Shown: positions 1 to 9,597, counted from the first letter of the stretch. The stretch is DNA of 64,000 nucleotides from an uncultured Candidatus Binatia bacterium (GCA_964429575.1 CAYSCX010000012.1:2195-66194); one strand, 5' to 3'. Notes: a model not told the origin generated them from the sequence alone. Translations and numbers: made by a program.

Positions 1-534
1 CCAGAAATCCAATGAGAGCACGGTCATCAACGTGACGGCCGCCGCAAGCAGCAACGGAACCACCAACAGCACCCCCACATAGTCGGAAAATCGCCGCAGG
101 TAACTTCGCGATCGCGCCGCGCGGAATATGGCGTTGAACGCGTTCTCCACCGTGCTCATCGTCGAGATCGCCGTGAGCAACAGGAACGCGCCGCCCACCG
201 AGCCGAGCGCGGTCGCGTCGATGCGTTCGACGAACGCCATAATCTGGTTCGAGATGTTGGGCGAGCCCAGCCCCAGATACCGATCGACGATCGGCCGCAG
301 TTCGTTCGCCGAACCGACGCCCTTTAACACTGCGAATGCGAGCGCGAGGAGCGGCACGATCGATAGCGCGACCGCGTACGTCAAAGCTCCGGCGCGGAGT
401 AGATCGTTGTTTGCGAGAAATCCTTCGACTGCGTCCCGCACGATCAGTGCGGCGTGAATCAGTGGATTGCGCCGCGAGTCCGTTTCCGCCCGGCTTCTGG
501 CTTTGGCAATCCAGGCTGCGATCGAACCTGACAC
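1..534 (-). CDS. YihY/BrkB (ribonuclease BN-like) family inner membrane protein, partial; the C-terminus lies beyond the window start
   Basis: The minus-strand translation reads ...LRAGALTYAVALSIVPLLALAFAVLKGVG...MAFVERIDATALGSVGGAFLLLTAISTMSTVENAFNAIF..., a typical YihY signature. There is no stop before the window edge. The plus-strand ORFs here (128..457, 336..692, 467..892) lack homology. A GTG start near 534 is an estimate. Confidence 0.5.
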   Translation of the reverse strand, partial: MSGSIAAWIAKARSRAETDSRRNPLIHAALIVRDAVEGFLANNDLLRAGALTYAVALSIVPLLALAFAVLKGVGSANELRPIVDRYLGLGSPNISNQIMAFVERIDATALGSVGGAFLLLTAISTMSTVENAFNAIFRAARSRSYLRRFSDYVGVLLVVPLLLAAAVTLMTVLSLDFW

Positions 535-654
535 TTATGCACCGGCGAGCGTCGGGATTGTCGGGGCCGTTCGTGCACAGTGTCAAGCGCGCTGGATCGT
601 CGCACCGGAGCGGCTGCGTTGCCTGCGCGGTATCTTTGCGATTAGCTCATCACG

Positions 655-3117
655 ATGGCTCGTCTGGTCGCGAAAGGGAAATACCTATTTGAGGATGGCC
701 GCAAGTTCCTCGCACGCGGCGTCTCGTACGGGCCGTTTCCGCCTAATTCACGCGGCGAGCGGTACCCCGAGCCCGAGCGCACGGCGGCCGACTTTGCGCA
801 GATGCGCGAGCTCGGAGCCAATCTGGTGCGCGTGTACGTCCCGCCGCCGGCGTGGATGTTCGAAGCGGCGCACAAGGCGGGATTGCGCCTGATGGTCGGC
901 ATTCCGTGGCCGTTTCACATGGCGTTCTTGGATTCGCGCGACCTGAAGCGCGACATCCGCGCCGCGATTCGCGACGGCGTGACGCAGATGCGCAGCTTCG
1001 GCGACGCGATTTTCGCGTTCAGCCTTGGCAACGAAATCCGCTCCGACATTGTGCGCTGGCACGGACCGCGCGCGGTCAGCCGTTTCCTCGCGGACCTCTA
1101 CGACATCGGAAAGAGCATCGCCCCCGACGCGCTGTTCACCTACTCGAACTATCCTTCGGCCGAGTATCTCGGCCTGGGGTTTCTCGACTTCGTTTCGTTC
1201 AATGTGTACCTGCACAACGACGCCGACTACCGCCGATATCTGACGCACCTTCTCGCATCGACTGCCGAGCAGCCCGTGGTGTTGAGCGAAACGGGCATGG
1301 ATACGATTCGAAACGGAGAGGAACAGCAAGCGGAGCTGCTCGCGCGGCAGGCGCGCGCCGCGTTCGAAGTGGGCCTGTCGGGCTTCATCGTGTTCGCGTT
1401 CACCGATGAATGGCACACCGGCGGCGCGGAAATCAGCGATTGGGCGTTCGGCCTGGTGACGAGTGATCGCAAGCCCAAGCGCGCATTCGGCGCGGTCGCC
1501 GCAGCGTTTCACGGCGAATTGCCGCCGCCGCTCGCCGCGACGCCGCGCGTGACGGTCGCAGTTCCAGCGTACAATGCCGCCGCAACTCTCGCGCCCTGTC
1601 TCGAATCGTTGCGAGCGCTCAATTATCCCGACTACGAGACGATTGTCGTCGATGATGGCTCCAAGGATGACACGGCTGCGGTCGCGGAACGCGCTGGCGC
1701 GCGCGTGCTCCGGATGGAGCATAAGGGACTCGGCATGGCGCGCAACGCGGCGCTCGAGGCGGCTTCGGGCGAGATCGTCGCGTTCATCGACGCCGATGCG
1801 TGCGCCGATCGCGACTGGCTCTATCATCTGGTCGAAGCCATGACGCGCCGCGACGCTGCTGCCGGCGGCGGTCCGAACTTTGCGCCGTCGGCATCGGGTT
1901 CTCTGTCCGCGGCGCTCGCCGCCGCGCCGGGACTACCGCGAGAGGTGCGCGCGAGCGACGCGGATCTCGCGCAGCTTTGCGGCTGCAACATGGCGGTGCG
2001 CAAGGATGCACTTGTCTCGACCGGCGGCTTCGATCCGCTCTTCACGGCGGCGGGCGACGATGTCGATCTCTCCTGGCGGCTCGCGGACGGCGGCGCCACC
2101 GTGGCGGCGGTGCCTGGAGCGGTGGTGATTCATGAGCGACGCGCGACTGTTCGAGCATATCTCGCGCAGCAGGCCGGATACGGCGCGGGCGAGGGCCTCC
2201 TATACCGAAAGTACCCATATCGCATGAACACTAACGGCGGAATCTACGGCGCGTCGGGATGGCTCGACGCGCTGCTCGGCGGCGCGCGCGTCTATTACGG
2301 CGCCTTCGGGCGCGGTCTATTTCAGTCGCTATATCCGGGAAGCGAACTCCCGCCGATCGCGGAACTGCCGCTTACGGCGGTGTGGGTGGCTGCTTCCGTG
2401 CTCTTATTTCTCGCCGGAAGCGCCAACGAGATGTACGGTACGCTCGGCCGCCTCGGCTTCGCGATTACGATCGCGTGCGCGATCTTAGGCGCCCTGCGTG
2501 CGCCGTTGCCTCGCGACGCATCTGCATTCCCGACGCGTGCATGGCTGGCGCTTCTCTTGCTATGCGGACCGCTCGTCCGAAGTTTTGAACGCGAACGAAC
2601 GAAATGGCTGCTCGACTTCGGACGCAGCGATATTGCGCGAGGCGCACGCGCAGGCTTCGAACCTTCCGGCGCCGTTGTGCTAAAGCGCGACGTCGCCGGC
2701 ACGCAAATCGAACCAGCGCCGGTGCTCGAATCGATACGCGCGGCGCTGGTTCGCCGCGGCCTCGCGGTGGCGGTGACCGACGGATTCCAGGAATACGATC
2801 TAGAGATTGTGCTGCCGCCGGGTCTTCGAATACCGATCAATGCGATTCGCCGCCCCGACGGATGGCTCGCGCTCCGCTGGCGAGTGAGGATCGCGGCGCG
2901 CCGCGCCCTGGCCGCCGCAGCCATCGGCCTCGTGGTACTCGCGGTTGCGGGCCTTGGCGCCGGAGAGGCTCTTACCGCCGTTTTCCTCGGCGGCGTTTCA
3001 ATCGGCGCACTCGCGCTCGCCCGCGCATGGCGGCTGCCCGGCGCGATTTTGGCCGCTGCCAGTGACGCGGGGAATGAGTTCGGATTGCGCGCCGAAGAGA
3101 CGGGCGACGAATGGTGA
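655..3117 (+). CDS. NdvB-like bifunctional membrane protein: N-terminal GH17-like glycoside hydrolase/transglycosylase domain fused to a family-2 glycosyltransferase with C-terminal TM helices (putative beta-1,3-glucan synthase)
   Basis: 820-aa ORF. The N-terminus has GVSYGPF...NLVRVY, a GNE acid/base motif (FSLGNEIRSD) and a SETG nucleophile motif (VVLSETGMD), as in GH17. The central region has GT2 motifs (VAVPAYNAA, IVVDDGSKDDT, FIDADA, QQAGYG). The C-terminus is hydrophobic. The stop overlaps the downstream ABC gene start (ATGGTGA). Confidence 0.65.
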   Translation: MARLVAKGKYLFEDGRKFLARGVSYGPFPPNSRGERYPEPERTAADFAQMRELGANLVRVYVPPPAWMFEAAHKAGLRLMVGIPWPFHMAFLDSRDLKRDIRAAIRDGVTQMRSFGDAIFAFSLGNEIRSDIVRWHGPRAVSRFLADLYDIGKSIAPDALFTYSNYPSAEYLGLGFLDFVSFNVYLHNDADYRRYLTHLLASTAEQPVVLSETGMDTIRNGEEQQAELLARQARAAFEVGLSGFIVFAFTDEWHTGGAEISDWAFGLVTSDRKPKRAFGAVAAAFHGELPPPLAATPRVTVAVPAYNAAATLAPCLESLRALNYPDYETIVVDDGSKDDTAAVAERAGARVLRMEHKGLGMARNAALEAASGEIVAFIDADACADRDWLYHLVEAMTRRDAAAGGGPNFAPSASGSLSAALAAAPGLPREVRASDADLAQLCGCNMAVRKDALVSTGGFDPLFTAAGDDVDLSWRLADGGATVAAVPGAVVIHERRATVRAYLAQQAGYGAGEGLLYRKYPYRMNTNGGIYGASGWLDALLGGARVYYGAFGRGLFQSLYPGSELPPIAELPLTAVWVAASVLLFLAGSANEMYGTLGRLGFAITIACAILGALRAPLPRDASAFPTRAWLALLLLCGPLVRSFERERTKWLLDFGRSDIARGARAGFEPSGAVVLKRDVAGTQIEPAPVLESIRAALVRRGLAVAVTDGFQEYDLEIVLPPGLRIPINAIRRPDGWLALRWRVRIAARRALAAAAIGLVVLAVAGLGAGEALTAVFLGGVSIGALALARAWRLPGAILAAASDAGNEFGLRAEETGDEW

Positions 3118-4907
3118 CAAGTCCCCCGAGCATGTCGACGGTGGTGCTGCGCGCGATGCGCCAGCATCGAGGCCGCCTCTTCGTCGCGATTGCCGGCGTC
3201 GCAGTCGCCTGCGCGTTCGAGGTGATGAAGCCGTGGCCGCTCAAGATTGTGATCGACAACGTCCTGAGCGGGACGCCCTTGCGCAACGCGTGGTTGCCAC
3301 CGCTTTCGAACTCACAACTGCTCGCCGCCGCCTGCGCAGGACTGGTCGCCCTGTACGTATTGCTCGCGCTCGCGAACGTCGTGAACAATTATCTGACGAT
3401 CTCGATCGGCCAGCGGATGGTCAACGATCTCCGCGCCGAACTATTCAACCATCTCCAGCGGTTGTCGCTTGCGTTCCATCGCCGCCGCGAAGTCGGCGAC
3501 CTCATGGTGCGCATCGCGTACGACACCTTTTCGATCCAGACCATCGCGATGAATGGCATCTTCCCAATCATCTCGTCGCTGATTCTGTTGGGCGCGATGT
3601 TCTGGGTGATGATCCGTATGGACGTGATGCTGACGCTCGTCGCAATCGCCGTGATTCCTCTGCTGCTGGTGTTGATCACCGCGACCAGCGGGCAGATCGA
3701 GCGCGTCGCGGGGAGCGCGCGCGTCAAGGAGAGCCGTCTGTACACGGTCGCGCACCGCGCGCTCGCGTCGATTCACGTCGTGCAGGCATTCACGCGCGAG
3801 GGCGAATCATATCGCGAGTTCGTCGAGTCGAGCCGCGAGAGCCTCGGCTACAACCTTCGCCTCTACACGCTGCAAACCGCCTACGCGGGAGCGGTCAACG
3901 CGATGATCGCGGTCGGCACCGCATCTGTCATCTATTTCGGCGCGCGCCAGGTGCTCAATTCAAAGCTAACCATCGGCGAATTGTTCGTGTTCATCGCGTA
4001 CCTCGCGTCGCTCTATGCGCCGGTGAACCAAATCTTCCAGACCTTCGGACTCGTGCAGAGTGCGAAGGCTGGGCTGCGCCGATGCATGGAGATTCTGTCG
4101 ACCGCGCCCGACATCCAGGATCGGCCGGGCGCGCAGCCACTCGGCCGCGTTCGTGGCGAGGTGCGGTTTGAGAACGTGACGTTCGCCTACGAGCCGGGTC
4201 ATCCGGTGTTGAAGGGCGTGAGCTTCACGGCGAACCCCGGCGAGACGATCGCGATTGTCGGTCCGAGCGGCGCGGGCAAGACTACGCTCGCGAGCTTGCT
4301 GACACGCTTCTACGAGCCGCGCGATGGCGCGATTCGCATCGACGGCCACGACATCGGCGGCGCCACTCTCGCAAGCCTGCGAAGCAACATCGCGATAGTG
4401 CTACAGCCGCCGCTTGTGCTTGGCGATACCGTGCGCGCGAACATCGCGCTCGGACGCCCCGACGCGACGGACGCGCAGATCAGGCGCGCCGCGGAACTCG
4501 CGAGGTTGGGGACCGTGCTCGACAAGCTCGACGCTGGCCTGGACGAAATCGTGGGGCAGGGCGGTCACAGTCTTTCGGAAGGCGAAGCTCAACGTGTCAC
4601 GATCGCGCGCGCACTGCTCAAGGATGCCCCGATTCTGATCATGGATGAGCCGACAAGCGCACTTGACATTGAGACAGAGTCGCAGGTGCTTGCCGCAATC
4701 GAAGAGGCGATGCGCGGTCGCACCACGCTGGTCATCGCACACCGCCTTTCGACGATTCAGAACGCCGACCGAATCCTCGTGCTGCGCGACGGCGTAATCG
4801 AGGAGCAAGGCGCCTTCGCCGAGTTGCTCGCGCGCGGCGGCTTCTTCAGCTACCTCTACAACCTCCAGTCGTGGAACAAGGAAGCCGCGGCGGGGGGCCG
4901 CGGATGA
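3111..4907 (+). CDS. ABC transporter permease/ATP-binding protein, MsbA/NdvA-like type I exporter
   Basis: 598 aa with an N-terminal 6-TM domain. It has Walker A (GPSGAGKTT), signature (LSEGEAQRV) and Walker B (ILIMDEPTSALD) motifs. Its start overlaps the upstream stop by 7 nt, implying translational coupling. Confidence 0.85.
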   Translation: MVTSPPSMSTVVLRAMRQHRGRLFVAIAGVAVACAFEVMKPWPLKIVIDNVLSGTPLRNAWLPPLSNSQLLAAACAGLVALYVLLALANVVNNYLTISIGQRMVNDLRAELFNHLQRLSLAFHRRREVGDLMVRIAYDTFSIQTIAMNGIFPIISSLILLGAMFWVMIRMDVMLTLVAIAVIPLLLVLITATSGQIERVAGSARVKESRLYTVAHRALASIHVVQAFTREGESYREFVESSRESLGYNLRLYTLQTAYAGAVNAMIAVGTASVIYFGARQVLNSKLTIGELFVFIAYLASLYAPVNQIFQTFGLVQSAKAGLRRCMEILSTAPDIQDRPGAQPLGRVRGEVRFENVTFAYEPGHPVLKGVSFTANPGETIAIVGPSGAGKTTLASLLTRFYEPRDGAIRIDGHDIGGATLASLRSNIAIVLQPPLVLGDTVRANIALGRPDATDAQIRRAAELARLGTVLDKLDAGLDEIVGQGGHSLSEGEAQRVTIARALLKDAPILIMDEPTSALDIETESQVLAAIEEAMRGRTTLVIAHRLSTIQNADRILVLRDGVIEEQGAFAELLARGGFFSYLYNLQSWNKEAAAGGRG

Positions 4908-4917
4908 GCGTGGGAGT

Positions 4918-5532
4918 GTGATGATCACCATTGGCCTGACGGGCGGAATCGGATCCGGCAAGAGCACGGCTGCGAAAATTCTTGCCGAGTTGGGCGCGCC
5001 GACCCTTGACGCGGACAAGATCGCGCACGCGACCTACGCGCCCGGCGGACCAGCGTACGATGCCGTGATAGCGGCGTTCGGCGAAAACATACTCGCGGAG
5101 GATCGCACGGTTGACCGCAAAAAACTTGGTCCGATCGTGTTCGCGGATCCCAGTCAGCTCGACAAGCTTACGTCCATCGTCTGGCCCGCCACGTTCGCGC
5201 GCATGAAGCAGATGGTCGCGGAGATGCGTGCGCGGGGCGAGCGCAGGCCCATCGTGATAGAAGCCGCCGTGCTCATCGAGGCGAACTGGCATCCGCTGTT
5301 CGATGAGATCTGGCTGGTCACCACTTCAGGCGAACGCGTAATCGAGCGCATCGAGCGAGACCGCGGTCTTAAGCGCGCCGAAACCGAGGCGCGCATCCGC
5401 GCGCAACTTTCAGACGACGAGCGGTGCAAGCACGCGTCGATCGTGATAACGAACGAGGGCACGATCGACGAGCTTCGCGCGAAGGTCACGACGCGCTGGA
5501 AGGGCGCGTTGGATAGATCCGCTAAGTCGTGA
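4918..5532 (+). CDS. coaE: dephospho-CoA kinase
   Basis: MMITIGLTGGIGSGKST...P-loop. The length and motifs are typical of CoaE. The true start may be the second Met at 4921. Confidence 0.85.
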   Translation: MMITIGLTGGIGSGKSTAAKILAELGAPTLDADKIAHATYAPGGPAYDAVIAAFGENILAEDRTVDRKKLGPIVFADPSQLDKLTSIVWPATFARMKQMVAEMRARGERRPIVIEAAVLIEANWHPLFDEIWLVTTSGERVIERIERDRGLKRAETEARIRAQLSDDERCKHASIVITNEGTIDELRAKVTTRWKGALDRSAKS

Positions 5533-6304
5533 GCGCGGCGACCACCGCGAAGACGACAGCCTCAACCATTGCGCAGCCGCCGGCGAGCAGATAGCCCGAT
5601 GCGCCACCGAGCCTGCGGCTCGCGAACAATCGCAATCCAAGAATCGTAAGTGCCGCGGCGACGATCGCGACGATCCCGACATTCGCATAGAGCCCCATGA
5701 CGATTCCCAGCGCGACAACGCTCGAAACCGCAAACTCGCGAAACCTGATGCCGCCCTCGTAGGGCACGCCGAGACCCCAGTGCTCGCCCACTTTAAGGCC
5801 GTAGCCGACGGGCGCCAACGACCATCGCGACAGCAGCATCGCCATCACCAGTGCGCTGGTGCGGGCCGCCGCAAAGGTGATGATCGAGAGCAGCCACGCC
5901 GCGATTGCGAACCATGCAAGCGCCGCGGCTACACCCACCGGACCGATGCGCGCGAGGCCGGTCGGCGCCTGACGCGCTCCGCGCCAGACCGCTTCGCCGA
6001 GATCCGCGATGCCGCGCGGTGAAAAGCCGCCTGTCGCGAGCACGGCGGCGAGCAGGACGATGGCCGAGCGCATGCTGGCTCCGAGCACGGGAGCGAGCGC
6101 GCGGTCTAGAGCCGCCAGTGCGACACCGAAGGTGATTCCGATGAGCGGAAAGAAGACGAACGCCCGCGCGCGTTGCTCGGCGCTTCCGCGCGAGCGCTCG
6201 TCAAAGAGCGGCCATAGCGTGAGCGTCGCTACGGCGAGCGCAAACTCGAACGCGAGCCCGTGAAGGCCCGCCGCTGGTTCGCTACTCTCCTGCTCTGGGC
6301 GCAC
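5522..6304 (-). CDS. cobS: adenosylcobinamide-GDP ribazoletransferase (cobalamin synthase)
   Basis: The C-terminal two-thirds of the 370-aa ORF is CobS-like (FFPLIGITFG...TGGFSPRGIADLGEAV...ASRRLGGASGYLLAGGCAMVEAVVFAV). I placed the start at an internal GTG (V111), so the start is uncertain. It overlaps coaE convergently by 11 nt. Confidence 0.6.
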   Translation of the reverse strand: MRPEQESSEPAAGLHGLAFEFALAVATLTLWPLFDERSRGSAEQRARAFVFFPLIGITFGVALAALDRALAPVLGASMRSAIVLLAAVLATGGFSPRGIADLGEAVWRGARQAPTGLARIGPVGVAAALAWFAIAAWLLSIITFAAARTSALVMAMLLSRWSLAPVGYGLKVGEHWGLGVPYEGGIRFREFAVSSVVALGIVMGLYANVGIVAIVAAALTILGLRLFASRRLGGASGYLLAGGCAMVEAVVFAVVAALTT

Positions 6305-6397
6305 GGCGCAAGGTAAACAGATGACGGCCGGGTTGGCTACCGGCTGGCCGCGCCGTGCTAGAGGTGAGCATCGCGGCGAAATTGCCGCGGTGACGCC

Positions 6398-7321
6398 ATG
6401 AAGATCCTGGTTATGGGCGCGGGAGCGGTCGGCGGATACTTCGGGGCGCGGCTGCAGGCCGCGGGCGAAGAGGTTGTGTTCTGCGCGCGCGGTGAGAATC
6501 TGCGCGCGCTTCGCGAGCACGGCATCGAGATCACGAGCATCCGCGGCGATCTGAAGCTGCGCGTCACCGCAACCGACACGCCACGGACGGACGCGCCATA
6601 CGACCTGGTGCTCTTCTGCGTCAAGTTCTATCAACTTGAATCAGCCGCACAGCAGCTTAACGGCTGTCTGGGGCCGGGCGGCGCGATCCTGTCGTTGCTC
6701 AACGGTGTGGAGAGCGAGGCGCGCCTCGCCGAGATCTTTGGCCGTGAGTCAGTGCTCGGCGGCAACGCGAGGCTCGGTGTGGAGTTGGTCGCGCCCGGGA
6801 AGATTGTGCAAATCAGCACCGGCCACCTCGAGTTCGGCGAGCTCGACGGCCGCTTCACCGATCGCGCGCGAAACTATGCGGCCGCATTCGAGCGCGCGGG
6901 AATCCTCGGCAGTCTCAGCGATCGCATCATGACCATACGCTGGGACAAGCTCATCTGGAATTCGGCATTCAACACTGTGACGACTCTGACGCGTCGCACG
7001 GTGGGCGAAGTGCTTGATGATCCCAGCGGACTTGAACTCGTGACGACGCTGATGCGTGAGACGTTGCGTGTAGCACAGGCCGATGGCGCGCAGCTTGGCG
7101 AGGATCGCGTCGAGGCGTTCCTCGCGCACTCTCGAAAGAACTTGCGCGCGCTGAAGACCTCGACGCAGCAGGATCTCGAGCGCGGTAAGCCGCTTGAATA
7201 CGAAGCGCTCTCGGGCGCGGTGCTTCGCGCCGCCCGCCGTCACCGCATCGGCGTGCCGGCGACGCAAACGGTGTACGCGCTGCTAAAGCTCCTCGATAGC
7301 TCCAGGAGCGGTCGCAGGTAG
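6398..7321 (+). CDS. panE: 2-dehydropantoate 2-reductase (ketopantoate reductase, ApbA/PanE family)
   Basis: MKILVMGAGAVGGYFGARL Rossmann N-terminus. The KPR family length (307 aa) and C-terminal domain fit. Confidence 0.75.
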   Translation: MKILVMGAGAVGGYFGARLQAAGEEVVFCARGENLRALREHGIEITSIRGDLKLRVTATDTPRTDAPYDLVLFCVKFYQLESAAQQLNGCLGPGGAILSLLNGVESEARLAEIFGRESVLGGNARLGVELVAPGKIVQISTGHLEFGELDGRFTDRARNYAAAFERAGILGSLSDRIMTIRWDKLIWNSAFNTVTTLTRRTVGEVLDDPSGLELVTTLMRETLRVAQADGAQLGEDRVEAFLAHSRKNLRALKTSTQQDLERGKPLEYEALSGAVLRAARRHRIGVPATQTVYALLKLLDSSRSGRR

Positions 7322-7329
7322 TCCGCGCT

Positions 7330-8052
7330 TTACCGGCGTTCGTACTGTCTCTGGCCGAACAAGTTGTTCCAGCTTTCCTTGTCGGGCTGCTGGTTTTCCT
7401 GCTGTGCCGCGCGCTTGCGCATCTCTTCGAGCACATCACCCATCACCGCAAGCCCGCGCTTCACCGCGGGACGCTCATTGATCTTGTCGTACCAGCGCTT
7501 TAGGTTCGGGTAGTCCTCAAGCGCCTGCCCCTGCCAGTTGTGCGACCTCAACCACGGCATCGTAGCGATGTCGGCGATTGAGTATTCGCCCGCAAGGTAC
7601 TCGTGGTCGGCGAGCTGCTTGTCGATCACGCCGTAGATGCGTTTCGCTTCGTTGGTGTAGCGGTCGATTGCGTACGGGAGTTTCTCGGGGGCGTAGCGGC
7701 GGAAGTGATGCGCCTGCCCGAGCATCGGGCCGACGCTCGCCATCTGAAACATCAGCCACTCGAGCACGCTGTAACGGCCGGCGCCCTCGCGCGGCATCAG
7801 CTTTCCGGTTTTCTCGGCGAGATAGATCAGGATCGCGCCCGATTCCATGAGCGCGAGCGGCTTTCCGCCGGGGCCGTCGTGATCGACGATCGCCGGAATC
7901 TTGTTGTTGGGGCTGATCTTGAGAAACTCGGGCTTGAACTGATCGCCCTTGCCGATGTTTACGCCGATGACATTGTACGGGAGGCCGAGTTCCTCGAGCG
8001 CGATGGTGACCTTGTAGCCGTTGGGCGTAATCCAAAAATAGACGTCGATCAT
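7330..8052 (-). CDS. Nu-class glutathione S-transferase, YfcG/YghU-like
   Basis: MIDVYFWITPNGYKVTIALEELGLPY...ISPNNKIPAIVDH...SGAILIYLAEKTG closely matches the YfcG N-terminus. GGAG lies 6 nt upstream of the internal ATG chosen as start. Confidence 0.8.
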   Translation of the reverse strand: MIDVYFWITPNGYKVTIALEELGLPYNVIGVNIGKGDQFKPEFLKISPNNKIPAIVDHDGPGGKPLALMESGAILIYLAEKTGKLMPREGAGRYSVLEWLMFQMASVGPMLGQAHHFRRYAPEKLPYAIDRYTNEAKRIYGVIDKQLADHEYLAGEYSIADIATMPWLRSHNWQGQALEDYPNLKRWYDKINERPAVKRGLAVMGDVLEEMRKRAAQQENQQPDKESWNNLFGQRQYERR

Positions 8053-8151
8053 CGGGGGCTCCTTGAGCGTTGGCGGGCTAAGACGATCCCGCCGGGGCGA
8101 CCTCTCCGCCACTGTGCGCGCGGGTAACGCACGACGCAAGGCGAAAGATGA

Positions 8152-8358
8152 CTAGACAGGTGGCAAATGGTGAAGCGCCGCGGTCTGCGTCTCCTTCTCG
8201 ATTTCCTGCGGCACGTCCTCGGTAAACCAGTAGATGATCGCGGTGTAGGAGACGACGAACATGATCGCGGTGATGATCGCGATCATCGCGACGCGCCGGC
8301 GGCGACGGGAGCGATGGTGCGCCGCGTGGTCGTGAGTTTGATGATGGTGCTCCGCCAT
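8152..8358 (-). CDS. small His-rich single-TM protein (hypothetical), immediately downstream of prfB
   Basis: 68 aa: MAEHHHQTHDHAAHHRSRRRRRVAMIAIITAIMFVVSYTAIIYWF.... A GAGG Shine-Dalgarno lies 5 nt upstream. It sits 22 nt after the prfB stop on the same strand. No homology recognised. Confidence 0.35.
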   Translation of the reverse strand: MAEHHHQTHDHAAHHRSRRRRRVAMIAIITAIMFVVSYTAIIYWFTEDVPQEIEKETQTAALHHLPPV

Positions 8359-8380
8359 TTCGCCTCATTCTCGGGGCCGA

Positions 8381-9512
8381 CTACTGCGCGGCGGCCGCCT
8401 CGGCGTCGCCCTTTCGCACCCCCATCAAGTACGCCTCGATGAACTGATCAATGTCGCCGTCGAGTACCGCGTCGGCATTGCCAACCGCGACGCCGGTGCG
8501 GTGGTCCTTCACCATGCGGTACGGCTGCAGCACGTAGGACCGGATCTGGCTGCCCCACGCGATGTCCTTCTTTTCCTTGGTGAACTTCTCGAGCTCCTCC
8601 TTTTTCTTCCGCTCCTCAAGTTCGAACAGCCGCGCGCGCAGGATTTTCATCGCCATCGCGCGGTTCTTGTGCTGCGAGCGCTCGTTCTGGCAGGTGACGA
8701 CGATGCCGCTCGGAATGTGAGTGAAGCGCACGGCGGAGTCGGTCTTGTTGACGTGCTGGCCGCCGGCGCCGCTCGCGCGGAACGTATCGATGCGCAGGTC
8801 CGCAGGGTTGATCACGACTTCGACCTTGTCGTCAATCGCGGGATAGACGAACACCGATGCGAACGACGTGTGGCGTCGCGCGTTCGCGTCGTAAGGCGAA
8901 ATCCTGACGAGCCGGTGGATGCCCGCCTCGGCGCGCAGATAGCCGTAGGCGTACTCGCCCTCGACCGTGAATGTCGCGTTTTTGATTCCGCCGCCATCGC
9001 CGGGTTGCAGGTCGGCCAAATCCACATTGTAGCGGTGACGCTCCGCCCAGCGGAGGTAAAGCCGCATAAGCATCTCCGCCCAGTCCTGCGCCTCGAGACC
9101 GCCGGCGCCGGGATGAATCGAGACGATCGCGTCGAGGCGGTCGTACTCGCCGGAAAGCATCACCTGAAGTTCACGCTGTTCAAGCTCGGTGCGCGCGGAA
9201 TCTAGAGCCGCTTCGGTTTCGCGCGCGGCTTCGCTGTCCTCCGCGCCGTCCTCCTCGGCCATCTGGAGGAACATGCGCGCTTCATCGAGCCGCTCGCGGA
9301 GCCGCCGGTAAGAGTCGAGCTGCTGCTTTATCTGGTCCTGTTCCTTGAGCACGGCCTGCGCCGCGTCGGGACGGTCCCAGAAGTCAGTCTTGGACGAGAG
9401 TTCGAGAAGTTGTTTCTGGCGCGCTTCTAATGAGGAGACGTCAAAGACGCCTCCCGAGCTTGTCGGCGCGCGAGTCGAGGTCGGTCAGTTGTTGTCGAAG
9501 GTCGGATAGCAT
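8381..9512 (-). CDS. prfB: peptide chain release factor 2 with programmed +1 ribosomal frameshift
   Basis: The ORF-track segment 8381..9352 is RF2 ([31 protein letters not shown] motif). Upstream in frame 0 lies ATG(9512)..[23 protein letters not shown] ending CTT-TGA-C at about 9446..9440, preceded by GGGAGG 3 nt upstream. The +1 shift reads ...[38 protein letters not shown], joining the ORF. Confidence 0.9.
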
Positions 9513-9564
9513 CGTGAATCTTGTCCCGTCGGCCAAATCGCTCGCCGGGTCAGCGAACAAATCT

Positions 9565-9594
9565 ATTATGACAGAAAACGCGCCGCTATTGAAC
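9565..9594 (-). promoter_or_regulatory. candidate sigma70-type promoter for prfB (GTTCAA -35, 18-nt spacer, TG-extended CATAAT -10)
   Basis: On the minus strand: gTTCAAtagcggcgcgttttctgtCATAATag, about 50 nt upstream of the prfB ATG. This is sequence inspection only. Confidence 0.3.
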
Positions 9595-9597
9595 TAC

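Noticed and set aside
128-892. Plus-strand ORFs 128..457, 336..692 and 467..892
   Set aside because: They have no recognisable motifs and are Arg/Ser/Ala-rich, typical of high-GC frames. The opposite strand encodes a clear YihY/BrkB-family protein across the same region.
748-3167. Long antisense or alternative-frame ORFs inside the GH17-GT2 gene (for example 748..1827 minus at 359 aa, and 2322..3167 minus at 281 aa)
   Set aside because: They lie fully within a gene that has strong family motifs. Their composition (Arg/Ala/Pro-rich) is typical of spurious high-GC ORFs.
6305-6397. Possible cobalamin riboswitch upstream of cobS
   Set aside because: The spacer is only about 90 nt and lacks a B12-box or the conserved riboswitch core.
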